Source: Deltaproteobacteria bacterium TL4
GTDB lineage: Bacteria > SAR324 > NAC60-12
Assembly (NCBI GenBank): GCA_051382335.1
Contig: JBBCAX010000293.1
Span: forward strand, 1 to 20,388
Reading direction: 5' to 3'
DNA: 20,388 bases
In this document: piece after piece, positions 16,464-20,388 of the stretch
How positions within the stretch are numbered: position 1 is the stretch's first letter
Layout of the letters: every line of letters begins with the position of its first letter
The notes under the pieces: model-generated
Database searches by the model: none
Seen by the model: the letters and a program-made list of their open reading frames with translations, nothing else
What the model was told of the DNA's origin: nothing
Position numbers and translations under genes: made by a program

Positions 16464-17699
16464 TTATGTCAGAAGGGGTTCCTGATGTTTTAGATCCAAT
16501 TCATCAATGAGCGCTTTAATGCGAAAACGGGTTTCCTGTCCCTTGGTACCATCCAGACGTTTAGACAAGTTTGGACGCAATTGTGCCATAGGAAAGTCCC
16601 AATGATACGCCTTGGTATAAAGCAGAATTAACTTGCTAACCAAATCACTCCATTCCTTTTGTGACAGATCCTGAAGGCGAAACAGGTTTAGATCTTTAAA
16701 AGCGTCCCCATAATTTTGTTTAAAATAGGGAATTTCCACCTCGTTCCGTATCCGCGCTTTTTCGTAATCTTCATTTTTTAGTTTTTGAAAAAAATCTTCA
16801 GTAAAGGCAAAAATAGGAAACAGTCCCGCATTCGATGAAGTATTTTTAAACAATTGGTACAGGGTTGAATAACTTTGACTTCGTTGAAGAAGCGACATTT
16901 GGCAAATGGCTTCGCCTTCATCAAATAAAAGCACCCAGCCTTGATAACCCATTTTTTGAAAAAGTAGGGCCAAAGCTCGAAGCATTTGCAGATACGGCTC
17001 CGTACCTTTGCAGTTCAGGGACCCTTCCCGATAAAAAGGAACTTGCCGATATTTGAAGACCTGACGTAAGCGAGTCAGAGGAATATCGAATCCTGATAAA
17101 GATTTTGAAAGCAGATCCGTGAATTCTTTGGGGCGAAAACCGACATGTGTGCTTGATTGTTTCTGTTTTTCCGTAAGCGTCACGTTCTTTTGAACCATTG
17201 CCGTCAATATTGATTTGAAGCGCAAAGGCATTTCTTTCGGAAGAAGGTCCAGCAGATGGTCTTTCAACTCAGGCTGGGTGACTGTCTCTACCTTAAACCA
17301 ATTTTTCCAGCAGACCGCCAGGGAGTTTTTGCTGTCAGGAAACTGTAAATTAGATAGCAATTCCCGATAAATCGTTGTGAAGTTATTGAAAGGGACTTCA
17401 CGGAGATCCAGATTGACCATACTGGTAACAAAGTTTTTTTGTAGCGCCCGATCCTGGATATAAGTGAGCGTATGGGATTTTCCCTGTCCATAAGCACCAC
17501 AAACGCAGTAATGGGAAGAATTTCCTTTGGCGACGTTTTGAAATTCCGCATCCAGGACTTGATTCAAGTGAGACTCATGTGCTGTCAGCAAACGGACAGC
17601 CAGAGAATCAAACAGTCCCTCACGCAGACGTTCCACCGCACGACGCAAAGCAAAGTTGGTTTGTTGAGTCAAGGTTTCCAAAAACAGTGCGTCATCCAT
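16464..17699 (-). CDS. BrxD/DUF2791-like P-loop ATPase (copy 2)
   Basis: RRAVERLREG, Walker A CVCGAYGQGKSHT, MGYQGWVLLFDEGE (Walker B). Likely start is the ATG at 17699 (MDDALF), overlapping the upstream stop as TAATG. Confidence 0.85.
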   Translation of the reverse strand: MDDALFLETLTQQTNFALRRAVERLREGLFDSLAVRLLTAHESHLNQVLDAEFQNVAKGNSSHYCVCGAYGQGKSHTLTYIQDRALQKNFVTSMVNLDLREVPFNNFTTIYRELLSNLQFPDSKNSLAVCWKNWFKVETVTQPELKDHLLDLLPKEMPLRFKSILTAMVQKNVTLTEKQKQSSTHVGFRPKEFTDLLSKSLSGFDIPLTRLRQVFKYRQVPFYREGSLNCKGTEPYLQMLRALALLFQKMGYQGWVLLFDEGEAICQMSLLQRSQSYSTLYQLFKNTSSNAGLFPIFAFTEDFFQKLKNEDYEKARIRNEVEIPYFKQNYGDAFKDLNLFRLQDLSQKEWSDLVSKLILLYTKAYHWDFPMAQLRPNLSKRLDGTKGQETRFRIKALIDELDLKHQEPLLT

Positions 17700-19003
17700 T
17701 ATGAATCCCACTTAGGTTGCAGTTGTTCCATCTTTTCACGCTCCATTTCTTTCTGACTTTCGATGATGTGAGCATTGACATCCGTATTTTCATCAGGAGC
17801 TTCGCCTTGTTCTGCCATATCCAAATATCGAATTACCAGTTTGATGAACAACCGCACCTCACTCAGCATTCCCATTTTCTTTTGTGACAGACAAACCTTT
17901 TCGATGAGTTTTTCCTGAATAGCTACAGCGTCCCAACGATAGGCAAGTTCATGGATTTTTTTAAGAGACAATCCCAGTTCAACCAATTCACTGTTTTCCA
18001 AAGGCGTACGGTGTAAATTAATCAAAACCCCCCGGAAATTAAGACGATCTCCTTCCCCTATAGAGCGGACACGACTCCAAAGGGCGTCATAGGATTTAAA
18101 ACCTTTTTCTGAGGAAAGAACATCAGGAATGATTGAAAAAAAGATATGAAGATTTTGAGAATGCTCCGTATTATCAATCAGGAGACGAACATTTTCATAG
18201 GCGGCATTCCGTACTGACGTGGATTGAGCAATGACCGTTTCCAGCTCATCCATCAACAGAACAAACCCTTTGTAATTCAAATGTAACAGGAAAGTCACCA
18301 AAGAGCGGAGGAACAGTTTACTATTGTTTTTATTAAGACTTTCAAAGATCTGAAAGGGTTTTAAGTCCCGTTTTGAAACTTTTGCGCCTTCGAACCATTG
18401 ATAGAGGGTTTCCAACGCCTGTGCCCGTTCTTCAGCAATTTCGCCGTCTTTAGGAGAAGCAAAACGGAAATCGAGTAAGCTCCTCAGCGCATTGGCAAAG
18501 TTAAGGTTCATTCCCGGCAACGCGTGCAGGGTTTCTGCGAGAGCAGACAGTTTCTCCTGAAAGTTGTTTTCAGTCGTTGCCGGGGTCAGCAGTTCTTTTT
18601 GCGTATCGGCCCAGTGATTGACTAAAGGACGTATGCCTTCCCCTTCGAAATTTCCGCGTATTTGTTGGACTAAATGCTGATAGACTATTTCAAATTTATG
18701 AATAGGCACTTCATGTGTCAGTACTACAAACGAAACCGCAAAATCTTTTTCCATGGCAAGGTGACGGATGATGGACATAAAGTGGGTTTTCCCATCACCA
18801 TAATCGCCATTGATGAAACGAACTTTGGAGCCTCCTTCCGCAATATACTGATCTAAATCTTCCTCAATAAATTTCAGCCAGTTCGATCGACCGACGGTAA
18901 AGGCTTTCACATACTCCGTTGGAACACTGCCCTCACGCAGGGCTTCAATAATTGTTCGCGCTTGAAAGGGTTTGAGTTGTTCGAGATCGGTTGCTGTTGT
19001 CAT
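17699..19003 (-). CDS. BrxD/DUF2791-like P-loop ATPase (copy 1)
   Basis: ARTIIEALREGSVP...TVGR, VRFINGDYGDGKTHF (Walker A), YKGFVLLMDELE (Walker B), RNAAYENVRLLID, GFKSYDALWSR. Confidence 0.9.
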   Translation of the reverse strand: MTTATDLEQLKPFQARTIIEALREGSVPTEYVKAFTVGRSNWLKFIEEDLDQYIAEGGSKVRFINGDYGDGKTHFMSIIRHLAMEKDFAVSFVVLTHEVPIHKFEIVYQHLVQQIRGNFEGEGIRPLVNHWADTQKELLTPATTENNFQEKLSALAETLHALPGMNLNFANALRSLLDFRFASPKDGEIAEERAQALETLYQWFEGAKVSKRDLKPFQIFESLNKNNSKLFLRSLVTFLLHLNYKGFVLLMDELETVIAQSTSVRNAAYENVRLLIDNTEHSQNLHIFFSIIPDVLSSEKGFKSYDALWSRVRSIGEGDRLNFRGVLINLHRTPLENSELVELGLSLKKIHELAYRWDAVAIQEKLIEKVCLSQKKMGMLSEVRLFIKLVIRYLDMAEQGEAPDENTDVNAHIIESQKEMEREKMEQLQPKWDS

Positions 19004-19842
19004 TCGCTACTTTTGTTGAAAGAAAGGGAAGTGATTTGACGTTTTTCACCGTCTGGGTCAATCAGCCAAAGTGAGTTGTTTCGTCCTGGTCTCAACGCTA
19101 AACTGTAACCATCCGAAGTTCCGCCTGTATTTGCTTGAAAATAGCACCACAAGTCAATTGAAAATTGCTCCAGGCTGTAACCCTTGAATTTTCCTTTATC
19201 CATATTTTGAAAGAAAAGGTTACTCTGCATTAAAAGCACATGTTCCCGGTAAAAGGTTCGGATCGGCACCAGTTCCCCGACGTTCATTCCAGCATTCTTC
19301 AAAGTCAAGGTATAAGAGGAATACAGGCTGTCAATGAACTCTTGAGGATCAAAAGGACGGTCATAAAGTTGTCGTTTGTATTTTAGAGCGGCGGACACTA
19401 TTTTTTTAGGATCAATCGATTTGAGTTCTTTTTTATTAATGGTGGTGACCCGGCCTGGGAAATCTATCTCACCTTCAATGCCTTTCAAAACATAAAAACG
19501 AGGGAAATCAACCTCAATCGGAAGCTCTGATTCCTGGGCTAAAGTCTTCAACTTTTCAATAAACTCAATCCGATACTGATCCACTTTTTCGTCAGCATAA
19601 TTTAATAACTGCTTGAATATAGGGTCACATTTCTGCAACTCGGGATCCTCCAGCAGTTTTTCCGCAGTCTTGCTCCTCAATAACTCATCTAATTGAAAAA
19701 AGTCTTCACGCTCCGCACCATGAATACATTGGAGAATCGCCTCAACCATTTTTTGGCGACGATTGCTTTCCTGCTGATAGGGTTTAACAATTTCTGACAG
19801 TTTTTCTTGGCTTTCCTGAAGAAGCGACTCATGAGCACTCAT
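19000..19842 (-). CDS. Hypothetical protein, first gene of the ATPase operon
   Basis: 280-aa ORF with RBS AGAGGA upstream and an ATGA overlap with the next gene. Helical N-terminus and alpha/beta C-terminus; no motif recognised. Confidence 0.85.
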   Translation of the reverse strand: MSAHESLLQESQEKLSEIVKPYQQESNRRQKMVEAILQCIHGAEREDFFQLDELLRSKTAEKLLEDPELQKCDPIFKQLLNYADEKVDQYRIEFIEKLKTLAQESELPIEVDFPRFYVLKGIEGEIDFPGRVTTINKKELKSIDPKKIVSAALKYKRQLYDRPFDPQEFIDSLYSSYTLTLKNAGMNVGELVPIRTFYREHVLLMQSNLFFQNMDKGKFKGYSLEQFSIDLWCYFQANTGGTSDGYSLALRPGRNNSLWLIDPDGEKRQITSLSFNKSSE

Positions 19843-20121
19843 AACAATCCTCTGTGCGTGATATCAATAAAAATAGGAGTAATTTCCTTACCCAGCATAC
19901 TATTGAGTTCAGCTATAACCATACCGATTAAAAGGCAAGTTGAAACTTATTTACTGGTCTTTTGAAGTTCGGATTTTTTGGCATTCATCACTCAGCTCGT
20001 GAAAAGGGGGAGCCCAGAAGGAAACCTATTATTATTCGCATTAGGGGCTTGAACAACAAATCCTTGATAAATCCTAAACCAGGCTTGAAACCTCGAATTT
20101 TGGTGTCCCCTACGTGTACTG

Positions 20122-20160
20122 TGGTTGCCTGTATTTTTACCAAAAAAGGCAACCATTTTT
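20122..20160 (+). terminator. Possible intrinsic terminator hairpin
   Basis: tggttgcct (20122-20130) pairs with aggcaacca (20147-20155), with an inner T5/A-run pairing, followed by TTTTT. Confidence 0.4.
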
Positions 20161-20232
20161 ATAGATGAGTCTACTCCGAAAAGTACGACAATTAACTATC
20201 TGAAATAATTGTTAATTTTGCGAAATACTATC

Positions 20233-20261
20233 TTGACTGCGAGAAATATATTCAGTATATT
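20233..20261 (+). promoter_or_regulatory. Putative sigma70 promoter directed out of the window
   Basis: TTGACT-17 bp-TATATT in an AT-rich intergenic region. Confidence 0.5.
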
Positions 20262-20388
20262 CTGAGTATGAATTGTTCATTGATACTCTCTTTTTCAACA
20301 ATAGGTGTGCTGTATGTTTCGCAAAAGTGGACTCAGTCAACAGGAAGACTTTTTTGGTAGTTTTGATTTTAACTTCAGTTCTCGTAAA

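Noticed and set aside
760..18856. Numerous 60-106 aa ORFs antisense or out of frame within the long genes
   Set aside because: Shadow ORFs fully overlapping well-supported CDSs, with no motifs.
19962..20168. 68-aa plus-strand ORF
   Set aside because: TTG start without RBS, no family resemblance, and it overlaps a hairpin; may be non-coding or decayed sequence.
1..20388. CRISPR array, tRNA or rRNA genes; a complete BREX system
   Set aside because: No regularly spaced direct repeats or structural RNA genes were seen, and BREX core genes (pglZ, pglX, brxC) are absent from the window.

Overview
AT-rich bacterial window with three parts. (1) 1-486: stacked mobile-element debris: a probable IS1634-type 3' end, a nested palindromic element, and an internally deleted group II intron (RT N-terminal fragment fused to domains V/VI). 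An orphan 212-aa ORF follows. (2) 1442-13312, + strand: an eight-gene NHLM/NHLP-type RiPP export and modification cluster. It encodes a tandem-GNAT acyltransferase, a stand-alone acyl carrier protein, TolC, an NHLM membrane-fusion protein, a C39-peptidase ABC transporter, a second ABC subunit, a LivJ-like lipoprotein and a DUF7005-like HExxH protein. No precursor peptide or LanM/YcaO/rSAM maturase is visible, and the GNAT+ACP pair suggests a fatty-acylated (lipo-)RiPP. (3) 13888-19842: a tandem-USP protein, an internally deleted IS630 element, REP/MITE-like palindromes, a HigBA toxin-antitoxin pair, and a translationally coupled three-gene minus-strand operon (unknown protein plus two BrxD/DUF2791-like ATPases). 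That operon is a candidate undescribed defence-type system. All family calls come from motif recognition by eye; no database searches were run.
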